The position numbers and the translations under genes were made by a program. Of a stretch of 44,666 nucleotides of DNA, positions 27,256 through 36,730 are shown piece after piece; position 1 is the stretch's first letter; each line of letters opens with the position of its first letter. The stretch is taken from NCBI GenBank assembly GCA_963840855.1, contig CAWJBB010000060.1:1-44666 (forward strand), written 5' to 3'. This DNA is from an uncultured delta proteobacterium (GTDB lineage: Bacteria > Desulfobacterota > Binatia > UBA9968). Below the pieces are notes generated by a model. The model made no database searches. It was not told the origin of the DNA and was given only the letters and a program-made list of their open reading frames with translations.

Positions 27256-28302
27256 ATGCAACGCCGCGGAGTCAGTAAAAAACTCAGCAAAACCCAAAAA
27301 CGGAAAAAAGAACATCTCGACATCTGTCTTGATACCGAGGCAGTCACGGGACCGTTGGGGACGGGACTGGACCGTTACCGGTTTGTTCATAACGCGCTGC
27401 CGGAGCTCGATCTTGACGAAATCGACCTGGGCGTCACGTTTCTCGGCCGACGGCTCGAGGCGCCCATCTTGATTTCTTCAATGACCGGCGGCTTCGATCT
27501 GGCGCGCAAGATCAACCGCAATCTGGCCGCCGCCGCTGAGCGCTTGGGGCTAGCGATGGGCGTGGGCTCGCAGCGCGTCGCCCTCGAAGAGCCTTCCGTC
27601 GCCGCCTCATTTCAGGTGCGCGACGTCGCGCCGAATATACTGCTCTTCGGTAATCTCGGCGCCGTGCAGCTAAACTACGGCTACACTATCGAGCACTGCC
27701 GGCGGGCGGTGGAGATGATCGGCGCCGATGGATTGATCCTGCACCTCAATGTTCTGCAAGAAGCCGCTCAGCCGGAGGGCAACCGCAACTTCAGAGGCTT
27801 GACGGCGCAAATCGCGGCAGTCTGCCGGCAAGCAGAGTTCCCTGTGATCGTGAAAGAGATCGGCAGCGGCATTTCCGCTGATGCAGCCATTCGATTGCGC
27901 GACGCCGGCGTTCGCGCCATCGATGTCGCCGGGCGCGGCGGCACTTCATGGTATACGGTGGAAGCCCGGCGCGCGGCGAGCCCGGGGCAAGAAGCGAAGT
28001 CGACCTTTTCAGCCTGGGGTATTCCCACCGATGAAGCGCTCGTCCAGGTGCGCCGGGCTATCCCCGATTTACCGCTGGTTGCCTCAGGGGGCATCCGCAG
28101 CGGGTTGGATATGGCCAAGTGTATGGCCCTGGGCGCGGACCTCGCCGCGCTCGGCCAACCGCTTCTGGCATCGGCTTTGGAGTCCGCCGATAAGGTGGTA
28201 GAATTTCTCTCTGGGATCATCCATGAAATTAAAATTGCCATGCTATGTGCCGGCGCGCCTGATCTGGCCGCGCTGAAAAAGACTCCGCTGATGCGGGAAT
28301 AG
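27256..28302 (+). CDS. fni: Type 2 isopentenyl-diphosphate isomerase (IDI-2)
   Basis: RK.EH, HNALPE, ISSMTGG, MGVGSQR, NLGAVQ, HLN.LQE..QPEG, VKE.G.G, DVAG.GGTSW, SGGIR.G.D. Confidence 0.95.
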   Translation: MQRRGVSKKLSKTQKRKKEHLDICLDTEAVTGPLGTGLDRYRFVHNALPELDLDEIDLGVTFLGRRLEAPILISSMTGGFDLARKINRNLAAAAERLGLAMGVGSQRVALEEPSVAASFQVRDVAPNILLFGNLGAVQLNYGYTIEHCRRAVEMIGADGLILHLNVLQEAAQPEGNRNFRGLTAQIAAVCRQAEFPVIVKEIGSGISADAAIRLRDAGVRAIDVAGRGGTSWYTVEARRAASPGQEAKSTFSAWGIPTDEALVQVRRAIPDLPLVASGGIRSGLDMAKCMALGADLAALGQPLLASALESADKVVEFLSGIIHEIKIAMLCAGAPDLAALKKTPLMRE

Positions 28303-28310
28303 ACGTAATG

Positions 28311-28368
28311 GCTTCGAGCGACGGGTTTCGGGTTTCACATCGAAACTGCAAACTCGCAACGCGAAACT
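28311..28368. repeat. Inverted heptamer repeat element (GTTTCGG / CGAAAC type)
   Basis: GCTTCGA GCGACGG GTTTCGG GTTTC ... GAAAC TGCAAAC TCGCAAC GCGAAAC. Confidence 0.65.
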
Positions 28369-28379
28369 AGCATGAAATA

Positions 28380-28847
28380 ATGGCGGAAGAACTGAAGCGG
28401 CAGATTCTCCAATATATCGAAGCTCATAACACGATGACGCTGGCGACTTGCGCCGACAACCTGCCGTGGGCGGCGACCGTGTTTTACGCCAGCGACGATC
28501 TCGGCCTCTATTTCTTTTCCGCGCCGGATTCGCGTCATTGTCAAAACCTCGCGGCCAACGCGAGGGTTGCGGTGACGATACAGGAAGACTATAAGGATTG
28601 GCGCCAGATCAAAGGGGTGCAGCTGGAGGGAAAAGTAACGCTGGTGGATTCGGTGCTCGAAAAGGCCAAGGCATTGGCGGTTTACGCGCGCAAGTACCCC
28701 GCCGTGATCAAGCTATTCACCGACCCGTCAAGCGGCGTGTTCCATAAAGCGTTTCTCAAGGTGAAATTTTATCGGGTGACTCCGGAAAGGGTCTTTTTTA
28801 TCGATAATGCGCAAGGCTTTGGCAAACGGCAGGAGCTGGTTTTATAA
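28380..28847 (+). CDS. PNPOx-like FMN-binding split-barrel protein (YhbP/UPF0306-like)
   Basis: TMTLAT....PWAA.VFYA, F.S...SRH..NL..N..VA.TI, W..IKGVQL.G, IDN..GFG.R. Confidence 0.85.
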   Translation: MAEELKRQILQYIEAHNTMTLATCADNLPWAATVFYASDDLGLYFFSAPDSRHCQNLAANARVAVTIQEDYKDWRQIKGVQLEGKVTLVDSVLEKAKALAVYARKYPAVIKLFTDPSSGVFHKAFLKVKFYRVTPERVFFIDNAQGFGKRQELVL

Positions 28848-28903
28848 AAGTAAGGCGAATCGGCCGATTATAACGTCTAATGGGTTATAAATAGGATGCA
28901 TTC

Positions 28904-29380
28904 ATGTCGCAGATTCTAGGCAAAGAACTCACCGACGCCTTGTTGAAACGCTTGAGCGGCGTTGCGGTCGCTTCCCACGAAGGGAAAATCATTCCAGTAT
29001 TTACCTTGGATGAGGCTGGTTGGCCGCACCCGGCGTTGTTGTCCTACTATGAAGTCGTGGCGAAAAACGCCTCGACCCTCGAGATGGCGATCTGGAAAGA
29101 TAGCTCCACCGCGAACAACCTGCGGCGCATGGGAAAGATCAGCCTGATGATCGCCGACAATGGCGTCAATTTTTATATTAAAGGCGCCGTCAAGGAGTTG
29201 GAGAAGGAGATGACCGGCGCGCCGCCGGTTTCGCGCTTTCAAATAACGGTCGAACAGCTCCTGGAAGACCAGGAGCCCAACGCGCAGATCACCAGCGGCA
29301 TGACTTACACACGGGGGAAGGAACGCGATTCCAACGATTTTTCGGCAAAAGTCCTGCGTATCCTGCGCGAGCTATCATAA
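28904..29380 (+). CDS. PNPOx-like split-barrel protein resembling PhdC/YclD prenylated-FMN maturases
   Basis: EL...L...LSG, T.DE.GWPH.ALLS..EVVA, AIW..S.T..NL.R.GK. Resemblance is recalled from ubiD/ubiX-associated YclD-like proteins, not searched. Confidence 0.65.
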   Translation: MSQILGKELTDALLKRLSGVAVASHEGKIIPVFTLDEAGWPHPALLSYYEVVAKNASTLEMAIWKDSSTANNLRRMGKISLMIADNGVNFYIKGAVKELEKEMTGAPPVSRFQITVEQLLEDQEPNAQITSGMTYTRGKERDSNDFSAKVLRILRELS

Positions 29381-30687
29381 TGCGGAAACGGATTTTTATA
29401 ACCCTGGTATTGCTGCTTGCGATCGTCGGCTCGGGATACAGCTATTGGCGCTGGAATAATGGGCCAAAGGAGCCGCCCTACGTGACCACGCCGGCGCAGC
29501 GGGGCAATATCACTCAGGTTGTGTCATCCACGGGTACCTTGCAAGCGGTGGTCACGGTTCAAGTCGGCAGCCAGGTTTCGGGCACCATCGAAAAGCTCTT
29601 TGCCAACTTCAATTCCAAGGTAAAGTCCGGCCAAGTCGTCGCCGAATTGAATCAGGACAAGTTCAAGGCCGCCGTGGATCAGGCGCGAGCCAATCAGATC
29701 GCGGCACAGTCGACGTTGGCGAAATCCAAGGTCAGCGTGGAGGACGCGCGGCGCACCCTCGAGCGAGCCCGCGAGCTGAAAAAGCGCGACCTGATGGCTC
29801 AGAGCGAGTTGGATGCGGCGCAAACCGCCTATGATGCCGCGCTGGCGCAGTTGGACGTCAACAAGGCCCAGGTAGCGCAGGCCCAGGCGGCGATCAATCA
29901 AGTGACGGTCGATCTCAACAACACCGTCATTCGATCGCCGGTTGACGGCATCGTCATCTCGCGCAATGTGGACGTCGGCCAGACCGTTGCGGCTTCGCTG
30001 TCGGCTCCTACTTTATTCACCATTGCCAACGATCTCGCAAAGATGGAAGTCCACACCAACGTCGATGAGGCGGATGTGGGAAATGTTTGGGAAGGGCAAG
30101 AGGTCACGTTCACCGTCGATGCCTTTCCGGCACGGCGTTTCAGGGGCAAGGTCTATCAGGTGCGTAACGCGCCGATCAACGTGCAAGGGGTCATCACCTA
30201 TAACGCGGTGGCGCGCATCGATAACAAAGATTTGCTCTTAAAACCCGGCATGACCGCCAACGTGCGATTCCTGGTCAGCCAAAAAGAAAACGTCGTAGTC
30301 ATTCCCAATATGGCCATGCGCTTTAGGCCACCCGACCAGAAGGACGAGGCCCAAGAACTCCTGCGCCAGGAAAGAAGCCGCACAGCGAAGCCGGTCGGAA
30401 CGCGCCGAACGAGCCGCGCCGCCGGCGCCGGCGGTGGAGGGGGCGGTGTGCAGGGAAATCGGCGCGTGACAATTTACCTTCTCAAGGACGATAAACCTCA
30501 GCCTGTTGAGGTTCAGCTCGGCATCACCGACGGAACAAGGTCGGAAGTGCTCGGCGAGGTGGTCAATGAGAACGATCCGGTCGTGATCGGGATGTCGAGT
30601 GCCGCGGCGTCCGCCGGGCAACCCGGCGTCGCCAACCCATTCCAGCCGCAGCAGCCTCGCGGGCCGGGTTTCGGCGGCTTCCGATGA
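29380..30687 (+). CDS. Periplasmic adaptor (membrane fusion) subunit, MacA-like
   Basis: VQVGSQVSG, IRSPVDG.V, VGQTVAAS, VDEADVG, L.PGMTANV. TAATG overlap with the upstream stop. Confidence 0.92.
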   Translation: MRKRIFITLVLLLAIVGSGYSYWRWNNGPKEPPYVTTPAQRGNITQVVSSTGTLQAVVTVQVGSQVSGTIEKLFANFNSKVKSGQVVAELNQDKFKAAVDQARANQIAAQSTLAKSKVSVEDARRTLERARELKKRDLMAQSELDAAQTAYDAALAQLDVNKAQVAQAQAAINQVTVDLNNTVIRSPVDGIVISRNVDVGQTVAASLSAPTLFTIANDLAKMEVHTNVDEADVGNVWEGQEVTFTVDAFPARRFRGKVYQVRNAPINVQGVITYNAVARIDNKDLLLKPGMTANVRFLVSQKENVVVIPNMAMRFRPPDQKDEAQELLRQERSRTAKPVGTRRTSRAAGAGGGGGGVQGNRRVTIYLLKDDKPQPVEVQLGITDGTRSEVLGEVVNENDPVVIGMSSAAASAGQPGVANPFQPQQPRGPGFGGFR

Positions 30688-31397
30688 GCGAGCTCATTCG
30701 CGTTGAGGATCTTCACAAGACCTACCGCATGGGCGACGTCGAAGTGCCAGCTCTTCGCGGTGTCAATCTGACGATCGAACATGGCGAATTCGTCGCCGTC
30801 ATGGGTTCTTCCGGCTCCGGCAAATCGACCTTAATGAATATCTTGGGTTGCTTGGATCGCCCAACCACCGGCCGGTATTTTCTCGAGACCCAAGAAGTGG
30901 GCGCACTGTCGCGCGACCAATGGGCGCATATTCGCAACAAACGCATCGGGTTCGTTTTTCAAGGCTTCAACCTGCTCTCGCGTACCAGCGCGCTGGAAAA
31001 TGTCGAGCTGCCCATGATGTACAACGGCTTCGCCGGCAAGGAGCGTCACAATCGCGCCGTGGAAGTCTTGTCTCTCGTCGGACTCGAGCAGCGTCTCGAT
31101 CACAAACCCAATCAGCTCTCCGGCGGACAGCAGCAAAGAGTCGCCATTGCTCGTGCTTTGGTCAACAAGCCGTCGTTGGTTCTCGCGGACGAGCCGACTG
31201 GCAATCTCGATTCGGCCACCAGCCACGACATCATGATGCTCCTCCAGCAACTCAACGCCGAGCAAAAAATCACCATCGTCCTGGTCACCCACGAGCAAGA
31301 CATCGCGGCTTACGCCCAGCGCCGCGTATTGTTTAGAGACGGCGAAATTGTTTCGGACGATAAGACCGGCCAGGAGCGAGAAAGTTTCAAACGTTAA
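30684..31397 (+). CDS. ABC transporter ATP-binding subunit (MacB/LolD type)
   Basis: [43 protein letters not shown]. Confidence 0.95.
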   Translation: MSELIRVEDLHKTYRMGDVEVPALRGVNLTIEHGEFVAVMGSSGSGKSTLMNILGCLDRPTTGRYFLETQEVGALSRDQWAHIRNKRIGFVFQGFNLLSRTSALENVELPMMYNGFAGKERHNRAVEVLSLVGLEQRLDHKPNQLSGGQQQRVAIARALVNKPSLVLADEPTGNLDSATSHDIMMLLQQLNAEQKITIVLVTHEQDIAAYAQRRVLFRDGEIVSDDKTGQERESFKR

Positions 31398-31407
31398 AAC
31401 AATGGCA

Positions 31408-31510
31408 GGATTCGGGATTTTGACATCGGGGTGAGATTGCGTAATGAGATCAAGCCGAGGGTCTCGGTCGCGCGAGTAGTCCAAAATCGGCAATCCAAAA
31501 TCCAAAATTG
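31408..31510. repeat. Inverted heptamer repeat element (CCAAAAT type)
   Basis: GGATTCG GGATTTTG ... TCCAAAA TCGGCAA TCCAAAA TCCAAAA TTG. Same unit as the element at 11023..11170. Confidence 0.75.
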
Positions 31511-31513
31511 ATT

Positions 31514-32728
31514 ATGTGGATAATGACGTTAAGAATTGCGCTTAAGGCGTTGGCACGAAACAAAATGCGCGCCTTTCTGACGATGCTCGGTATCATTATC
31601 GGCGTCGGCGCGGTGATCGCCATGGTCGCCATCGGTGAGGGTGCGAAGTCGACGATCCGCGCGCAAATCGCCAGTCTCGGCACCAACGTTCTCATCATAA
31701 TGCCGGGCACGTCGAATCAAGGCGGCGTTCGCGCCGGTTTTGGCAGTGTCAACACGCTAGTGGACGGCGATGCCAGGGCGATGATACACGAAGTTCGGGC
31801 CGTCGCTTATGCGTCGCCGGTCTTGCGCCGACCGGAGCAATTGGTTGCGGGCAATCTTAACTGGGGCACCCTTGCCCAGGGAGTGGCGCCGGAGTTTCAA
31901 CAGATTCGCGAGTGGCAGATCGCCGAAGGTCGGTTCTTGCACGACGGCGACATGGAAAGCGCGGCAAAGGTGGTGGTGCTGGGAGAGACCGTCGTGCGCA
32001 ATCTATTCGGCAACGACGATCCCATCGACGCGGTGATCCGTATTCGCAACATTCCCTTTCGCGTCGTTGGCGTGCTCGCGCCCAAAGGCCAGACCGGTCA
32101 AGGGACGGATCAAGACGATACGGTGATGATTCCTTACACGACGATGCAGAAACGGCTCATGCGCATCACCTGGCTGCAAAGTATTGTGGTCAAGGCCATC
32201 AACGCGGAACGCGTGCAAGAGGCGCAGGAACAAATCACCTCGCTCTTGCGCCAGCGCCACCGCATCGGTCCGGAGCGGGAGGACGATTTCAACGTGCGCA
32301 ATCTGTCCGATATCACCGAGGCGGCGACGACCAGCGCCCGGGTGATGACCGTGCTTTTGGGCAGCGTCGCTGGGATTTCACTGTTAGTAGGCGGTATCGG
32401 CATCATGAATATCATGCTCGTGTCGGTCACCGAACGGACGCGCGAGATCGGCATCCGCATGGCCGTCGGCGCGCGCAGCCGCGATATCATGCTGCAATTT
32501 CTCGTTGAGGCGGTCGTCATGGCCGCCACCGGCGGGATCATCGGAATTTTTTTGGGGATCGGCAGCTCTGAAGTTCTCAAAACATGGGCGCAGTGGCCGA
32601 CGCTAATCGATCCTGCCATCGTCGCCATCGCTTTTCTCTTCTCCGGTGCCGTCGGAGTCTTCTTCGGCTTTTATCCCGCCAAAAAAGCCGCGACCCTGGA
32701 TCCCATAGAAGCGCTGCGTTACGAATAA
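31514..32728 (+). CDS. ABC transporter permease, MacB-like
   Basis: LTMLGIIIGV, VGGIGIMNIMLVSVTERTREIGIR, FGFYPA..AA.LDPIEALRYE. Confidence 0.95.
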   Translation: MWIMTLRIALKALARNKMRAFLTMLGIIIGVGAVIAMVAIGEGAKSTIRAQIASLGTNVLIIMPGTSNQGGVRAGFGSVNTLVDGDARAMIHEVRAVAYASPVLRRPEQLVAGNLNWGTLAQGVAPEFQQIREWQIAEGRFLHDGDMESAAKVVVLGETVVRNLFGNDDPIDAVIRIRNIPFRVVGVLAPKGQTGQGTDQDDTVMIPYTTMQKRLMRITWLQSIVVKAINAERVQEAQEQITSLLRQRHRIGPEREDDFNVRNLSDITEAATTSARVMTVLLGSVAGISLLVGGIGIMNIMLVSVTERTREIGIRMAVGARSRDIMLQFLVEAVVMAATGGIIGIFLGIGSSEVLKTWAQWPTLIDPAIVAIAFLFSGAVGVFFGFYPAKKAATLDPIEALRYE

Positions 32729-32800
32729 AATTTTGTCACGCTCCATAGGGCGCGAAGCGCGCAGTCTATTTAGCCCGGATTCCTTTAACGCCGTTAGCAG

Positions 32801-33836
32801 AGCTCGTTTGCCGTGCCTTGAGCCCTTCCGATAGCAGCGGCGCTACTCTGCCTGTCGTCGGCGAGGCGATAATATCCACCCTTTCGTAGGTCGCGCGCAG
32901 TGCCTCGCGAATGCGGTGTCGCGCGCGCTGGACGGTGAGGTACTCAGAGGCGGTGATGGTCATGCCCACTGCCAGGCCCCGGCTCACGTGCGCAACGAAG
33001 TCTTGGTGCCGCTCGCGAAACCAGCGACGGTTGATCCCAGCGCTCTCGGCGGAGCTGGTCATCATCGAGGTCATCGCCGCGTAGGTTACTTCGGGAACGT
33101 CTAACTCGACTATATCAGCATCTTGCACTAGCAAGGACTTTGAGCTGCTGCGTCGAACGCTTGTCTTACTGCAGGGTCCACTCCCTGCAGAAATCGACTG
33201 AGCACTCCGACTCTAAGCCCTTTCACGCTGGCATCGAGCCGGGATGCGTAAGCGGTATTTCTTGGCGTACGCTGGCCGGGTCCCGCGCGTCGAAGCCGGC
33301 GACAGCGTCCAGCCCGAGCGCGATATCTGGCACTGAACGCGCGAAGAGCCCGACATGATCTTGACTCCAGGCGCCGCGGAACGACCCGTGCCGGCTGATG
33401 ATACCGAAGGTAGGTTTGAAGCCGGACGATGCCACAATAGGATGCCGGGCGGCGCACCGATGACCCAGTTTCGGTGCCGTAGGAGAGCGGGCCAATGCCC
33501 GCGGCGACGGCAACTGCTGACCCACCGCTCGAGCCGCCCGCGATGCGTTCGATATCCCACGGGTTGTGGACCGGGCCGAAGTGGGAAAGTGTCGATGTGC
33601 CGCCATGGCCAAATTCATCCAGATTGGTCTTTCCTATGATGACCGCTCCGGCCGCGCGCAACTTTTCCACTAGGTCTGCATCCGTCTCAGGGACCCAATC
33701 TGCCAAAATCTTTGAACCCCCTGTCGTGCGCACCCCGGCCGTCTCAAACATGTCTTTGATCGTGACAGGTACGCCGTGGAGAGCGCCACGATAATTTCCG
33801 CGAGCAATTTCTTCATCGGCTTTAGCTCGTTTGCCG
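32801..33836. repeat. 13-bp direct repeat AGCTCGTTTGCCG bounding the amidase fragment
   Basis: Exact copies at 32801-32813 and 33824-33836. Confidence 0.8.
32814..33823 (-). pseudogene. Amidase-signature family pseudogene, truncated at both ends, with at least 3 frameshifts
   Basis: GALHGVPVTIKDM, GKTNLDEF, GGSSGGS, GTETGSSVRRPA / GFKPTFG...DHVG / KGLRVG / Y...QR.R...SPT are spread across frames. Shifts near 33425, 33255 and 33135. Confidence 0.88.
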
Positions 33837-33981
33837 GCATGGCTGCGAAGATATCTATTACTGAATGGCGATGGTTACAAGGACTACACCGCACTTGACG
33901 CGTTCCCGCAGATGGGCGATATTTCGCGCAGCCTTCGTCAGGTTCCATCAAGTACGTGTACGGAAACCGGTTGGACTGAGA

Positions 33982-34509
33982 TTGTTGAACCCGAGCGCCA
34001 TAAATATTCGCGAGGAGCGTCTCGATGATATCGAGGTAATTCGCGCGCTAAATTTTGCCGCCTTCGGCCGGCCCCAAGAAGGCGGGCTTGTTGACGCGCT
34101 ACGAGCAAACGGCGGTCTTTCGCTCTCACTCGTCGCCACGATTGACGAACGGCTGGTGGGTCATATCTTGTACAGTCCCGTATCTATCAGTTGCAACGGG
34201 AAAGAAGTGGTTGGCGCGGGTCTAGGTCCGATGGCGGTAGTTCCCGAGCTCCAGCGCAAGGGCATCGGTGCCGAACTGATCCGCGCGGGTAATGAGAAGC
34301 TAAAAAGGCTCGGTTGTCCCTTTATCGTCGTGCTGGGACATCCACAGTACTACCCGAGATTTGGTTTTCGTCCCGCCCGCGCTCACGCAATACGCTGCCA
34401 ATGGAATGTGCCGGATGATGTATTCATGATTTTGTCTTTGGAAGAGTCCCGGATGAAAGGCGTCGCCGGTTTGGCCAAGTATCGCGATGAATTTTCGGCG
34501 GCGCTATAG
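33982..34509 (+). CDS. GNAT N-acetyltransferase (YhbS-like)
   Basis: IREE...D...I, VGHILYSP, LGPMAV.PE.QRKGIG, VLGHP.YYPRFGF. Start uncertain (TTG 33982 or 33985). Confidence 0.88.
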   Translation: MLNPSAINIREERLDDIEVIRALNFAAFGRPQEGGLVDALRANGGLSLSLVATIDERLVGHILYSPVSISCNGKEVVGAGLGPMAVVPELQRKGIGAELIRAGNEKLKRLGCPFIVVLGHPQYYPRFGFRPARAHAIRCQWNVPDDVFMILSLEESRMKGVAGLAKYRDEFSAAL

Positions 34510-34525
34510 TCTTCGCTACTGAAAT

Positions 34526-36685
34526 TTAAGGTAGGCGGCCCTCGCTCGTCTGAACGTATTCCAAATCAATCTCGGCCCGAAATGCGTTGATCCGGGCGAC
34601 CTTTACCCGGACATTATCGCCCAGGCGGAATTTTTTCCCGTGGCGGCGGCCTTTGATGACGTATTCCTTTTCGAAATAATCGTACTCGTCGTCGGTGAGC
34701 GAGGAGAGTTTCACCAGTCCTTCGATAAAGTAGTCGTCGAGTTCGACGAAGAAGCCGAAATTAGCCAGGCTGTTGATGAAGCCGGTGAACTCTTCTCCGA
34801 TCTTGTTCATCATGAACTGGGCTTTCTTGAGATCGACCATTTCACGCTCGGCGTCCATGGCGTGGCGCTCCCGCTCGGACGTATGTTTGCCCGCTTCCTG
34901 CAAATAACGGAGCAGGTCTTCGCGTTGATTGGGTTTGAGTTTCTCTCCCTGCAGCGCTTTGTCCAACATCCGGTGCACGATCAGGTCGGGATAGCGCCGA
35001 ATCGGCGAGGTGAAATGGGTGTAGCATGTCGAAGCCAAGCCGAAGTGACCGATGTTCTCCGGTTGGTAAATCGCCTGCTTCATGGAGCGCAGCAGCACGC
35101 GGTTGAGCAAACGCTCTTCGGGTTTGCCGCGCGCGGATTCCAATAATCTTTGAATATCCCGCGGTGCGATTTTTTCTTTCTTCACCGGCAAGCGGTAACC
35201 CAGGGTGAGAAGAAACGGCGCGATGGCTTCCAAAGCCTCTTCGTCGGGTCCCTCGTGCACGCGGTAAAGCAGGGGAAGATCGTTGTCTCTCAAGCGGCGC
35301 GCAACGGCTTCGTTGGCGGCGATCATGAATTCTTCAATAATGCGGTGCGCGATGTTGCGCTCGGCGCGCACGATATTCTCCGGCATGCCTTGAAGATCGA
35401 GCAGGATCTCCGCTTCGGGCAAATCGAAATCGAGATTGCCCCTCTTCCGCCGCTGTTCATAAAGCAGCAGCGCTACCTCTTCCATCATCTTGAACTGCTC
35501 CACCAGATCGTTGTAGCGCGCCCGGCATTCGCCATCCTTATCGACGAGAACCTTGCGCACTTCAGTGTAAGTCATGCGCGCGTGGCTGCGGATTACGGAG
35601 TCAAAAAAGCGGCTGACAATCACTTCGCCTTGAAAATTGATCTTCATGCAGGCGGTCTTGGCCAACCGGTCTTCATCGGGATTCAGGCTGCAGATGCCGT
35701 TGGAGAGCGCTTCGGGAAGCATGGGGATTGCCCGATCCGGAAAATAAACGCTGGTGCCGCGAGCATAGGCTTCTTCATCCAGCGCCGTGCCCGGCCTGAC
35801 GTAATGGGCGACATCGGCGATGGAAACGAACAGCTCGTAATGATCGTCTTGCCGGCGCGCGAAAACCGCGTCGTCGAAGTCGCGCGCTGTCTCGCCGTCG
35901 ATGGTGACGATGGGCAGGTCGCGCAGGTCGGCGCGGCGCGCCACTTCTTCGGCGCCAATAGCAAACGAGCTTGCGGCGATTTCCCGGTGCACGGCTTCGG
36001 GAAACTTCGTCGTCAGGCCGTAGCGAAAGATCACCGACTGAGCTTGCACTTCGGGGTCGTCCGGGCTGCCTATGACTTGCAGCAGCTCTCCCTCCGGCGG
36101 CGACAGCGCGGTGCCGTATTTGGAAATCTCCGCCGCGATGACCTGGCCCTTTTCGGCTTTGGCTCCGCTTGTCCTTAGCGAGATGGCGCTGGCTACCCTC
36201 GGGTCCATCGGAATCAGATAGCTCTTGCCGGCGAATTCATCATAAGTACCGATCAGCCGTTTTTGCCCGCGCTCGACGATCTGCGCAATGTGAGCTTCGG
36301 TTGCGCCCCGTTGTTTGCGGTCCACGCGCACCATCACCCGGTCGCCGTGCATCACGCGGCGCATCTCTCGGCGGTTGATATAAATGTCTTCGGCGTTTTT
36401 GTCATCCGGGATGAGAAAACCATAACCGTCTGGATGGGCATGGATTCTTCCAATTACCAGGTTTTGGCTATCGGGGAGGCCGTAGTGGTTTTTTTTCAAT
36501 CGTACCAGCCGGCCTTCGCGACACAGGTTTCGCAGGGCATCGATAACGCTCTGAAGTTCGTTCGGCGGAAAGCCGCCGCGTCTGTGGATCTCCGCGGGCG
36601 TCAAACGCAACCGAGGCTTGTTGGCTAAGAGATTTAGAATCTTGCGGCGCGCGTTGTCATCTTGCGGTTGTCCGTCTGCGTCCAT
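34526..36685 (-). CDS. rnr: Ribonuclease R
   Basis: N-terminal HTH, HPDGYGF, TIDGETARDFDDA, ADVAHYV, IEEFMIAAN, YTHFTSPIRRYPDL, S1 domain. Confidence 0.96.
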   Translation of the reverse strand: MDADGQPQDDNARRKILNLLANKPRLRLTPAEIHRRGGFPPNELQSVIDALRNLCREGRLVRLKKNHYGLPDSQNLVIGRIHAHPDGYGFLIPDDKNAEDIYINRREMRRVMHGDRVMVRVDRKQRGATEAHIAQIVERGQKRLIGTYDEFAGKSYLIPMDPRVASAISLRTSGAKAEKGQVIAAEISKYGTALSPPEGELLQVIGSPDDPEVQAQSVIFRYGLTTKFPEAVHREIAASSFAIGAEEVARRADLRDLPIVTIDGETARDFDDAVFARRQDDHYELFVSIADVAHYVRPGTALDEEAYARGTSVYFPDRAIPMLPEALSNGICSLNPDEDRLAKTACMKINFQGEVIVSRFFDSVIRSHARMTYTEVRKVLVDKDGECRARYNDLVEQFKMMEEVALLLYEQRRKRGNLDFDLPEAEILLDLQGMPENIVRAERNIAHRIIEEFMIAANEAVARRLRDNDLPLLYRVHEGPDEEALEAIAPFLLTLGYRLPVKKEKIAPRDIQRLLESARGKPEERLLNRVLLRSMKQAIYQPENIGHFGLASTCYTHFTSPIRRYPDLIVHRMLDKALQGEKLKPNQREDLLRYLQEAGKHTSERERHAMDAEREMVDLKKAQFMMNKIGEEFTGFINSLANFGFFVELDDYFIEGLVKLSSLTDDEYDYFEKEYVIKGRRHGKKFRLGDNVRVKVARINAFRAEIDLEYVQTSEGRLP

Positions 36686-36730
36686 CGTTTGAGCATGAAT
36701 CGCTTCGCGGGAGTTTGCAAAAGGATTTCA

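Noticed and set aside
32745-32768. TAGGGCGCGAAGCGCGCAGTCTA as a terminator or REP after the permease
   Set aside because: Stem is short, there is no U-tract, and there is only one copy in the window.
33831-34028. 65-aa ORF between the amidase remnant and the GNAT gene
   Set aside because: No recognisable family and it overlaps the GNAT start. It may be a gene scrap but cannot be supported.
35150-36178. 342-aa plus-strand ORF and similar long antisense ORFs (762..1523, 22557..23276, 23713..24441, 26488..27390)
   Set aside because: Shadow ORFs opposite well-supported genes in GC-rich DNA, with no recognisable motifs.
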